Source of the DNA: Sphingomonadales bacterium | GTDB lineage: Bacteria; Pseudomonadota; Alphaproteobacteria; Sphingomonadales; Sphingomonadaceae | DNA length: 64,000 nucleotides | Direction: 5' to 3' | Assembly: GCA_038210595.1 (NCBI GenBank) | Contig: JBBQWN010000005.1 | Coordinates: 31,862-95,861, forward strand | Shown here: one piece after another, positions 57,104 through 64,000 of the stretch | How the letters are laid out: each line of letters starts with the position of its first letter | Numbering within the stretch: the stretch's first letter is position 1 | The notes under the pieces: model-generated | What the model saw: the letters and a program-made list of their open reading frames with translations, nothing else | Told to the model about the DNA's origin: nothing | Database searches by the model: none | Program-made: the position numbers and the translations under genes

Positions 57104-57685
57104 ATGGACATTCGCGTTTCGGGCCATCAGGTCGACGCCGGCGCGGCCTTCCGCGAGCATGTCACGACGCGGTTGAAGGCGATCGCCGACAAATATTTCC
57201 CGCGCACCATCGGCGCGCACGTGACGCTGGGCAGCGGGCCCTATGGCGGATTCTCGTGCGACATCGTCATGCATGTGATGAGCGACCTGATCCTCAAGGG
57301 CTCGGGACGCGCCACCGAGGCCCATCCCGCCTTCGACCAGGCGGCCGAGCGCATCGACAAGCAGCTGCGCCGTTACATGCGCCGGCTGAAGGATCGCCAC
57401 GGCCCCGGCAACGCGGTGCAGAATGGCGCAACGCTGCCCGAGATCGACAATGCCGGCTACACCATCTTCGCCGCGCCGAAGGAGGAGGAGGAGCCCGGCG
57501 ACGCGCCCCTGGTCATCGCCGAGACGCGCGTCGATATCCCGGACGCCACCGTCGGCGACGCGGTGATGATGCTCGACCTGCGCAACACCACCGCCCTGCT
57601 GTTCAAGAACAGCGGCACCGGCGCGCACAACATGGTCTATCGGCGCGAGGACGGCAGCATCGGCTGGGTCGAGCCGCGGGCTTGA
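57104..57685 (+). CDS. hpf: Ribosome hibernation promoting factor, long form
   Basis: MDIRVSGHQVDAGAAFREHV..RL..I..KYF... is the RaiA/HPF N-domain. The C-terminal FKNSGTGAHNMVYRREDGSIGWVEP is the dimerisation domain. Confidence 0.9.
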   Translation: MDIRVSGHQVDAGAAFREHVTTRLKAIADKYFPRTIGAHVTLGSGPYGGFSCDIVMHVMSDLILKGSGRATEAHPAFDQAAERIDKQLRRYMRRLKDRHGPGNAVQNGATLPEIDNAGYTIFAAPKEEEEPGDAPLVIAETRVDIPDATVGDAVMMLDLRNTTALLFKNSGTGAHNMVYRREDGSIGWVEPRA

Positions 57686-58119
57686 GCCCGGAGACGCACT
57701 ACCGGGCGCTGGAGCGGCTGTACGCCAGCGCCCCGATCAACGCCGCCTTCGCCTCGTCGCTCAAAGTCACGGGGGCGGGCGCGACGCGGCTCGAGATGAC
57801 GGCCGGTCCAGAGCATTTCCATGCGGCCGGGGCCGTCCACGGCACGCTGTATTTCAAACTGCTCGACGATGCCGCTTTCTATGCCGCCAACAGCCTAGTG
57901 CCCGAGGTGTTCATGCTGACCACCGCGTTCAACATCCTGATGACGCGGCCGCTGCAGCCCGGTCCGCTGGTCGCCGAGGGGCGCTGGGTGTCGGGCGCGC
58001 GCCGGGTGCTGATCGCCGAGGCGTGGCTGACCGATGCCAGCGGCGAGGAGGTCGGGCGTGGCACCGGCACCTTCATGCGCTCGCGCATTCCGCTTGCGTC
58101 GCTGGAGGCCTATTCCTGA
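57682..58119 (+). CDS. PaaI/hotdog-fold thioesterase (TTG start)
   Basis: TTGA overlap with hpf. GAVHGTLYFKLLDDAAFYAA...RRVLIAEAWLTDASGEEVGRGTGTF is a PaaI-like pattern. Confidence 0.75.
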   Translation: MSPETHYRALERLYASAPINAAFASSLKVTGAGATRLEMTAGPEHFHAAGAVHGTLYFKLLDDAAFYAANSLVPEVFMLTTAFNILMTRPLQPGPLVAEGRWVSGARRVLIAEAWLTDASGEEVGRGTGTFMRSRIPLASLEAYS

Positions 58120-58139
58120 GCGAACCGCGCCTCGCCGCC

Positions 58140-58442
58140 GTGGTCTGGGTCAATGCGTTGATCCGCCGGGTCAACGCCGCGGGCGACGTCGCGACCGTGC
58201 TGCACAAGGGTGACGGCGTTGCCGGCAGTGTCGTGCTGGTCCATCGCCGGGGCACCGAAACTCGCGCTTTTCAGCGGCTGCTGGGGGCGGCGGGAGACTA
58301 TGAATGGCGGGCGACCGCGACCGCCGCAGCGGTCGACGAGTGGGTCGAGCGGCAGCTAAAATACGATCCCGACCTGTGGGTAATCGAACTCGATACCCCG
58401 AATCCGGCACGGTTCATCGACGAAACGATCGTCTTCGATTGA
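58140..58442 (+). CDS. DUF1491 family protein
   Basis: WVNALIRRVNAAGDVATVLHKGDGVAGSVVLV...WVIELD resembles DUF1491. The start is uncertain: GTG at 58140, or CTG at 58116 overlapping the upstream stop (CTGA). Confidence 0.6.
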   Translation: MVWVNALIRRVNAAGDVATVLHKGDGVAGSVVLVHRRGTETRAFQRLLGAAGDYEWRATATAAAVDEWVERQLKYDPDLWVIELDTPNPARFIDETIVFD

Positions 58443-58616
58443 CCGGCAGGGTGCCGTCTCGCAACTGCAACATCGTGTTTGCCGAACCCGTGGGCGGGGC
58501 CGGCGATGTTTCACCCAAGCGGACCTGATCCGGTTCAGCCCAGCGACGTTCGGCAACCTTTGAACACGCCGAGCGCACGCGGACCGGAAGCCAGGCCGTG
58601 GGTAGCAGACGAGTGA

Positions 58617-59240
58617 ATGACCTCCAGGTTCCATAATATTACCCGGCTGATGAGCGTTGCGCTCGCCGGTTTCGCGCTTCTCGCCGCTGGCGAAGCGCCC
58701 CAGCTAACCCCCGCCGTCTTGACCGTCGACAGCCCTGCCGCCGCGCTCGCCGCGCAGTCGCCGATCAAGGGCGACGCCAGTGTCGCCGACACCGACGAGA
58801 CCACCGCCGCCGACATAGAACTTGCCAAGCCCGCCAGCCTGCGCGCGCTGGTCGGCCAGATGGCCACCCTTCCGTCGACGCCGCTCAACGCCGAAGCCAA
58901 GTGCCTCGCGACCGCGGTGTTCTTCGAAGCCCGCGGCGAACCGCTGGAGGGTCAGCTCGCGGTTGCCCAGGTCATCCTCAACCGCGTCGCCTCGGGCCGC
59001 TATGCCGGCAGCGTCTGCGGCGTCGTCTATCAACCCGGCCAGTTCACCTTTGCGCGGCGCGCCGTCAACACCCGCTCCGCCGACTGGCAGACTGCTGCCG
59101 CGATCGCCGTCATTGCCCAGGCCGAGCGCTGGCTACAGGTTGCGCCGAAGGCGATGGCGTTCCACGCCGCCCGGGTCAACGTCAGCTGGGGCAACATGCA
59201 GCGCGTCAGCCGCATCGGTAACCACATCTTTTACCGCTAG
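58617..59240 (+). CDS. Exported cell-wall hydrolase (SleB/Hydrolase_2 domain)
   Basis: LATAVFFEARGEPLEGQLAVAQVILNRV.SGRY..SVCGVVYQPGQFTF is the Hydrolase_2 signature. An N-terminal hydrophobic segment is present. Confidence 0.8.
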   Translation: MTSRFHNITRLMSVALAGFALLAAGEAPQLTPAVLTVDSPAAALAAQSPIKGDASVADTDETTAADIELAKPASLRALVGQMATLPSTPLNAEAKCLATAVFFEARGEPLEGQLAVAQVILNRVASGRYAGSVCGVVYQPGQFTFARRAVNTRSADWQTAAAIAVIAQAERWLQVAPKAMAFHAARVNVSWGNMQRVSRIGNHIFYR

Positions 59241-59279
59241 GAGCCGGTCCCTATATCGGCGGGCAAAGGAGCCCGTTCG

Positions 59280-59666
59280 ATGACCGACCCCGTCCAGACC
59301 CGCGACGACCAGCTGAGCCCCGAGGCGCGCCATGTGCTCCGCGAGCATGGCACCGAGCGCGCCGGCACCAGCGAGCTGAACTTCGAAAAGCGCACCGGCG
59401 TCTACAGCTGTGCCGGCTGCGGCACCCCGGTCTACGATTCCGGCGCGAAGTACGACAGCGGCAGCGGCTGGCCGAGCTTCTTTCGCGAGATTCCCGGCGC
59501 AGTCGAGACCAGCGTCGACAAGAAGTTCGGGATGACCCGCACCGAGGTGCACTGCGCCAAGTGCGGCGGCCACTTGGGTCACGTCTTCCCGGACGGCCCG
59601 GCCGAGACCGGCCTGCGCCACTGCATCAACGGCGTCGCGCTGGATTTCGAACCGAAGGACGCCTAG
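59280..59666 (+). CDS. msrB: Peptide-methionine (R)-S-oxide reductase
   Basis: YSCAGCGTPVY...GSGWPSF...TEVHCAKCGGHLGHVF.DGP..TGLRHCING has all MsrB motifs. AAGGAG Shine-Dalgarno upstream. Confidence 0.95.
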   Translation: MTDPVQTRDDQLSPEARHVLREHGTERAGTSELNFEKRTGVYSCAGCGTPVYDSGAKYDSGSGWPSFFREIPGAVETSVDKKFGMTRTEVHCAKCGGHLGHVFPDGPAETGLRHCINGVALDFEPKDA

Positions 59667-59678
59667 CCGTCCGCCTCA

Positions 59679-59711
59679 CCGCCGCCCCATTGTGCGCCTA
59701 GGGGGCGGCGG
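59679..59711 (+). terminator. Perfect 10-bp GC hairpin (CCGCCGCCCC / GGGGCGGCGG, 13-nt loop) between msrB and the DEAD-box helicase gene
   Basis: Read directly. The 3' arm ends at the nucleotide before the helicase ATG (59712). It could act as the msrB terminator and/or occlude the helicase ribosome-binding region. Confidence 0.45.
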
Positions 59712-61346
59712 ATGCCCTTCAGTACCACGCACCCCGCGCTGGCCGGCGCGCTGGTCGCGCGCGGTTATGCCGCCCCGACCCCCGTCCAGGCCGCCGTCCT
59801 TACCGCCGACGCCACCCGCGACCTGATCGTCTCGGCCCAGACCGGCAGCGGAAAGACCGTCGCTTACGGCCTTGCCATGGCCGGCCCGCTGCTCGGTGAC
59901 GCCGAGCGCTTTGCCCGCGCTGCCGCCCCGCTGGCGCTGATCATCGCACCGACCCGCGAGCTGGCCTTGCAGGTGGCGCGCGAACTCGAATGGTTGTTCG
60001 CAGGGGCGGGCGGTGTCGTCGCGACCTGCGTCGGCGGCATGAACGTCCGCGAGGAAGCCCGCACGCTGAGCCGTGGCAGCCACATCGTCGTCGGGACGCC
60101 GGGCCGGCTGCGCGACCATCTCGAGCGCGGCAACCTCGCCACCACCGACCTGCGCGCCGTCGTCCTCGACGAGGCGGACGAGATGCTCGACCTGGGGTTT
60201 CGCGACGACCTCGAGGAGATCCTCGACCAGGTGCCGACCGAGCGCCGCACCCTGCTGTTCTCGGCGACGCTGCCCAAGCCGATCCAGGCACTGGCCAAGC
60301 GCTATCAGAAGAATGCCGAGCGGCTGACCGTCGGCAGCGCCGCCGAGGCGCACGGCGACATCGACTACCGCGCCGTCCGCGTCGCGCCCAACGATCTCGA
60401 GGCCGCCGTGGTCAACGTGCTGCGCTTCCACGAGACGGGGGCCGCGATGGTGTTCGCCGCGACCCGCGAAGGGGTCCGCCGCTTGCACGCTAATCTGGTC
60501 GAGCGCGGCTTTGCCGCCGTCGCGCTGTCGGGCGAACTGAGCCAGTCCGAGCGCACCCATGCACTGCAAGCGTTGCGCGACCGCCGCGCCCGTGTCTGCG
60601 TCGCCACCGATGTTGCGGCGCGCGGCCTCGACCTGCCTGACCTGGGCCTCGTCATTCATGCCGAGCTGCCCCACGACGCCGAGGTGCTGCAGCATCGTTC
60701 GGGCCGCACCGGGCGCGCCGGCAAGAAGGGCGTCTGCGTGGTGCTCGTGCCCTATCCCAAGCGCCGCCGCGCCGAGGGGATGCTGCGCGAGGCCAATATC
60801 CGCGCGACATGGGAGGACGTGCCGTCGGCCGACGCCATCGCCGAGCGTGACGATGCGCGCCTGATGGACGAGATCGGGGACGCCGGCGACGACCTCGCCG
60901 CCGCGGAGGCCCTTCTGGCATCGAAGGATGCGGTTGCCGTGGCGGCCGCGCTGCTGCGCCGCTACCGCGCGTCGCTGCCCGCGCCCGAGGAGCTAACCGA
61001 CACCGGGCCGCTGCAGCGCGGCGAGCCGGAGCAGGCCCGTGCCGGTTTTGAGGATGTGGTCTGGTTCCGGGTCAACACCGGCCGGGTCAACAACGCCGAT
61101 CCGCGCTGGCTGCTGCCGTACCTGTGCCGCCGCGGCCACCTGACCCGCAAGGACATCGGCGCGATCCGCATCTTCGACCGCGAGACCCGCTTCGAAATCC
61201 CGCGGCCGCTGGCGCACCGCTTCGCCGACGCGCTGAAGCGCACCGACGACGGCGATCCCAGCGTCATCATCGAGGCTGCCGGCAACGCGCCCGAACCGGC
61301 GCGGCGTCCGCCGAGTCCGCGCCGGGGACCGCCACCGCGGCGCTAG
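59712..61346 (+). CDS. DEAD-box ATP-dependent RNA helicase with a DbpA-type C-terminal RNA-binding domain
   Basis: Q-motif PTPVQ, AQTGSGKT, PTRELA, DEAD (VLDEADEM), SAT, HRSGRTGRAG. The C-terminal VWFRVNTGRVNNADPRWLLPYLCRRG...IRIF is DbpA-domain-like. Arg/Pro-rich tail. Confidence 0.92.
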   Translation: MPFSTTHPALAGALVARGYAAPTPVQAAVLTADATRDLIVSAQTGSGKTVAYGLAMAGPLLGDAERFARAAAPLALIIAPTRELALQVARELEWLFAGAGGVVATCVGGMNVREEARTLSRGSHIVVGTPGRLRDHLERGNLATTDLRAVVLDEADEMLDLGFRDDLEEILDQVPTERRTLLFSATLPKPIQALAKRYQKNAERLTVGSAAEAHGDIDYRAVRVAPNDLEAAVVNVLRFHETGAAMVFAATREGVRRLHANLVERGFAAVALSGELSQSERTHALQALRDRRARVCVATDVAARGLDLPDLGLVIHAELPHDAEVLQHRSGRTGRAGKKGVCVVLVPYPKRRRAEGMLREANIRATWEDVPSADAIAERDDARLMDEIGDAGDDLAAAEALLASKDAVAVAAALLRRYRASLPAPEELTDTGPLQRGEPEQARAGFEDVVWFRVNTGRVNNADPRWLLPYLCRRGHLTRKDIGAIRIFDRETRFEIPRPLAHRFADALKRTDDGDPSVIIEAAGNAPEPARRPPSPRRGPPPRR

Positions 61347-61380
61347 TTGCGCGGCTGGGCTAGCCGCCTAAACTCCGGGC

Positions 61381-62238
61381 ATGATCCTGCTCAGCCTGGC
61401 GCTCGCCGCCGCTCCGACCACCGCCGACATCCTGAAGGACGCGCCGCCGTCAGCGTGGCTGGCGGTGCCGCCCGAAGACCTGCTCGTCGTCGACAGCGCC
61501 ACGGGGCGGGTGGTGATCCAGCTCGCGCCGTTCGCGCCCGTGCACACCGCAGCCATCCGCGCGCTGGCCCGCGCCGGGCGCTTCGATGGCGGCGCGGTGG
61601 TGCGGGTGCAGGACAATTATGTCGTCCAATTCGCGGCGAAGGAAGCGCGTGACACGACCGGCGGCGGGCAGGGACCGGGCGCGCCGAAGCCGGGGCCAAA
61701 GCTGGCGGCCGAATACGACTGGCCTGCGTCGAAGGCCTGGACCGCGCTGCGCTACCGCGACGCCTATGCGGCGCAGGCGGGTTTCCACGGCGGCTGGCCG
61801 GTCGCCCGCGCGGCTGGCCGCGAGTGGCTGGTGCATTGCTACGCCATGGTCGGTGCGGGCCGCGACAACCCGCCCGATACCGGCGACGGCAGCGAGCTGT
61901 ACGCGGTCATCGGCCACGCTCCGCGTCACCTCGACCGCAATATCGCGCTTGTCGGGCGCGTCATCGACGGCCTGCCGCAGTGGAGCGCGCTGCCGCGCGG
62001 CACCGAGGCGCTGGGCTTCTACAAGGAAGAGGCGCAGCGCACGCCGGTGACGCGGGTCCGCATCGCCGCCGACCTGCCCGCCGCCGAGCGCCCGCGCTTC
62101 ATCGCGATGGATACGGCCAGCCCGAGCTTCAAGGCACTGATCACGGCGTGGGCCAACCGCACCGAGAGCTTCTTCGCGACGCCCGCCGGTGCCGTCGATG
62201 TCTGCAACGTCGCCGTGCCGGTGAAGGCCGCGCCCTAG
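61381..62238 (+). CDS. Exported cyclophilin-like (peptidyl-prolyl isomerase family) protein, tentative
   Basis: 285 aa with an N-terminal hydrophobic signal (MILLSLALAAAP). VVIQLAPFAPVHTAAIRALARAGRFDG and SELYAVIGHAPRHLDRNIALVGRVIDG loosely resemble the cyclophilin fold. The family call is weak. Confidence 0.5.
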   Translation: MILLSLALAAAPTTADILKDAPPSAWLAVPPEDLLVVDSATGRVVIQLAPFAPVHTAAIRALARAGRFDGGAVVRVQDNYVVQFAAKEARDTTGGGQGPGAPKPGPKLAAEYDWPASKAWTALRYRDAYAAQAGFHGGWPVARAAGREWLVHCYAMVGAGRDNPPDTGDGSELYAVIGHAPRHLDRNIALVGRVIDGLPQWSALPRGTEALGFYKEEAQRTPVTRVRIAADLPAAERPRFIAMDTASPSFKALITAWANRTESFFATPAGAVDVCNVAVPVKAAP

Positions 62239-62879
62239 GCGTCCGCGCCCGGCTGCCGCTCCGGCCGGGCGGCCTGGAACGCCGGTAGCGCATTCAGCCG
62301 CTTGTCGATCTCGCCGAGTGCGGGGAAGCGCGCGATATCGGCCTGGACGCGGCGGGCACCATAGAGCGCGGGGACGAGGCAGACATCGGCGAGGGTGACG
62401 GTGTCGCCGAACAGATAGGATCCCTGTGCCCGCTCGGCTTGTTCCTCGAGCGGGGCCAGCGCCAGCTCGATCCAGTGCCGCGACCAGGCATCGAGCGCGG
62501 CCTCATCATGGCCGAGTTCGCGGCTGAGATATTTGCGGACCCGCAGGTTCACCAGCGGATGCGAGTCGGCGATCATGCCCAGCGCCGCACCCCGGATACG
62601 GGCACGCTCAGCGGGGCCGCCGGGCAGCAGCGCCGGTTCCGGGTGCGTTTCCTCCAGCCATTCGATGATTGCCAGGCTCTGCGCGATGCCGGTGTCGCCG
62701 TCGATCAGGAAGGGCACCAGCCCCTGCGGGTTGAGCATCGTGTAGCCGACGCCCGACTGCGCCCCGGTCCGCAGGTCGACGACCTTGCTGTCGTACGCCA
62801 GCCCCTTGACGTTCAGCGCGATCCGCACCCGGTAGGCGGCGGACGAGCGCCAGTAATCATAGAGGACGCGGTCGCTCAC
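62235..62879 (-). CDS. maiA: Maleylacetoacetate (or maleylpyruvate) isomerase, zeta-class GST, GTG start
   Basis: LYDYWRSSAAYRVRIALNVKGL.Y....VDL..G.Q is the GST-zeta signature. GTGA overlap with the upstream FAH gene. Confidence 0.85.
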   Translation of the reverse strand: MSDRVLYDYWRSSAAYRVRIALNVKGLAYDSKVVDLRTGAQSGVGYTMLNPQGLVPFLIDGDTGIAQSLAIIEWLEETHPEPALLPGGPAERARIRGAALGMIADSHPLVNLRVRKYLSRELGHDEAALDAWSRHWIELALAPLEEQAERAQGSYLFGDTVTLADVCLVPALYGARRVQADIARFPALGEIDKRLNALPAFQAARPERQPGADA

Positions 62880-63880
62880 AGCTGGACCACCGTCTGCTCG
62901 ATCGCGCCGAAGATACTGTGGCTGGCGGCGTCCGTCATCTCGATGCGGATCGTGTCGCCGAATGCCATGAACGGGGTTTTGGGCGCGCCGCTGGCAATGG
63001 TTTCGATCATGCGGAGTTCGGCGAGGCAGGAATAGCCGACGCCGCCGTCCGCCACCGGCCGGCCCGGGCTGTCGCCGTCCTTGTTGCTGACCGTCCCCGA
63101 GCCGATGATCGCTCCGGCACCCAGCCGCCGGGTCCTAGTGACGTGCGCGATCAGGCGCGCGAACGAGAAGGTCATGTCGATCCCGGCGTCGGGATGGCCG
63201 AACGCCTGGCCGTTGAGCGTCGAGACCAGCGGCCGGTGCAGCTTGCCGCCACGCCAGTCGTCGCCGAGTTCATCGGGCGTCACCGCCACCGGCGAGAAGG
63301 CGGTCGACGGCTTCGACTGGTAGAAGCCGAAGCCTTTCGCCAGTTCGCCGGGGATCAGGTTGCGCAGGCTGACGTCGTTGACCAGCACGACGAGCCGGAT
63401 ATGCGCGCCCGCGGCCGCTTCGCTCGTGCCCATCGGCACGTCGCCGGTGACGACCGCGACCTCCGCCTCGAAATCGATCCCGAAGGCCGCATCGGGCACG
63501 ACGATGTCGCCGCGCGGCGCGGTGAAGTCGTCGCTGCCGCCCTGGTAGACCAGCGGGTCGGTCCAGAACGTCGCCGGCATCTCCGCGCCGCGCGCCTTGC
63601 GCACCAGCTCGACGTGATTGACGTAGGCGGAGCCGTCGACCCAGTGGTGGGCGCGCGGCAGTGGACTCAGCGCCTCGCGCTCGTGGAAGCGTTCGAGCGG
63701 CACTGCCTCGTGCTCGACATCCTCGGCAAGCAGTCGCAGGCGCGGCTCCGCGTGTCCCCAGTCGTCGAGCGCCGCCTGCAGCGTCTGGGCAATGTGCGTC
63801 GCGTCCGCGTACCAGTGTAGGTCACGCGACACGACCACCAGCCGCCCGTCGCGGCCGCCTGCGAGCGATGCCAACTTCAC
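62876..63880 (-). CDS. Fumarylacetoacetate hydrolase family protein (short, ~334-aa bacterial type)
   Basis: GIDFEAEVAVVTGD...LVNDVSLRNL...GFGFYQSKPSTAFSP...GSGTVSN is the FAH-fold metal/substrate motif set. GTG start overlapping the upstream stop (GTGA). Confidence 0.85.
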   Translation of the reverse strand: MKLASLAGGRDGRLVVVSRDLHWYADATHIAQTLQAALDDWGHAEPRLRLLAEDVEHEAVPLERFHEREALSPLPRAHHWVDGSAYVNHVELVRKARGAEMPATFWTDPLVYQGGSDDFTAPRGDIVVPDAAFGIDFEAEVAVVTGDVPMGTSEAAAGAHIRLVVLVNDVSLRNLIPGELAKGFGFYQSKPSTAFSPVAVTPDELGDDWRGGKLHRPLVSTLNGQAFGHPDAGIDMTFSFARLIAHVTRTRRLGAGAIIGSGTVSNKDGDSPGRPVADGGVGYSCLAELRMIETIASGAPKTPFMAFGDTIRIEMTDAASHSIFGAIEQTVVQL

Positions 63881-64000
63881 GGCTTTGTCTTCCAGCTGTT
63901 CTTATAGTCCGTCCACTCGACCCCTTCGGCGGCGTGCCCGACATCGAGCGGGTCGCGGGTGTCGATCATCACCGCATATTCGTCGGTCATCGGCTTCGGC
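63877..64000 (-). CDS. C-terminal 40 codons of a probable ring-cleavage dioxygenase (homogentisate 1,2-dioxygenase-like); gene continues past the right edge
   Basis: Hand translation gives ...PKPMTDEYAVMIDTRDPLDVGHAAEGVEWTDYKNSWKTKP*. The pattern x-A-[FV]-M-x-[DE]-T...DY..SW loosely parallels HgmA C-termini, and the position upstream of FAH and maiA fits. The identity is not secure. Confidence 0.4.
   Translation of the reverse strand, partial: PKPMTDEYAVMIDTRDPLDVGHAAEGVEWTDYKNSWKTKP

Noticed and set aside
58506-58616. 36-codon uORF ending immediately before the cell-wall hydrolase ATG
   Set aside because: GC3 is only about 60 percent by hand count, versus much higher in neighbouring genes, and the Pro/Arg-rich product has no features. 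It is more likely part of a structured leader.

Overview
Very GC-rich, densely coding chromosomal segment. It looks alphaproteobacterial and sphingomonad-like, based on a PEPxxWA-CTERM protein, class I LysRS, MucR/Ros, and rho-hemJ-hemE | DUF299-maf-aroE-coaE-dnaQ synteny. I support about 62 protein genes. I saw no rRNA, tRNA, CRISPR array, IS element, integrase or prophage. Most long ORFs in the six-frame track are antisense or offset 'shadow' ORFs typical of high-GC DNA.

Gene blocks, left to right:
- phaC (partial), an aminotransferase and an M20 peptidase.
- A complete Rrf2-sufBCDS-sufT-sufA operon with a small lipoprotein gene inserted between sufB and sufC.
- A Rad3/DinG-like Fe-S helicase, a SixA-like phosphatase and an exported protein in one operon; then lysK.
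- A lower-GC islet with a PEPxxWA-CTERM protein, followed by exported hydrolases.
- An MFS/GPH transporter followed by two giant fusion enzymes and accA (details below).
- mucR; an ATP-grasp plus luciferase-like monooxygenase pair; exported metallopeptidases; qor.
- An Rrf2-sbp-porin-cysTWA sulfate uptake operon.
- SDR and enoyl-CoA hydratase genes, mscL, a LemA-TPM-TPM module, and an orphan heme-oxygenase-like di-iron enzyme.
- rho-hemJ-hemE, a 300-bp gap, then DUF299-maf-aroE-coaE-dnaQ-hpf.
- Housekeeping genes, then a homogentisate-type ring-cleavage cluster at the right edge.

Most interesting: a translationally coupled pair encoding trifunctional propionyl-CoA synthase (1770 aa) and bifunctional malonyl-CoA reductase (1212 aa), the signature enzymes of the Chloroflexus 3-hydroxypropionate bi-cycle. 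accA follows 10 nt later. No other bi-cycle genes are nearby. This amounts to a self-contained acetyl-CoA -> malonyl-CoA -> 3-hydroxypropionate -> propionyl-CoA cassette whose role in this kind of bacterium is unresolved.

Second: the hemE / DUF299 intergenic region has the hallmarks of the chromosomal replication origin, with clustered DnaA-box-like 9-mers and an AT-rich patch.
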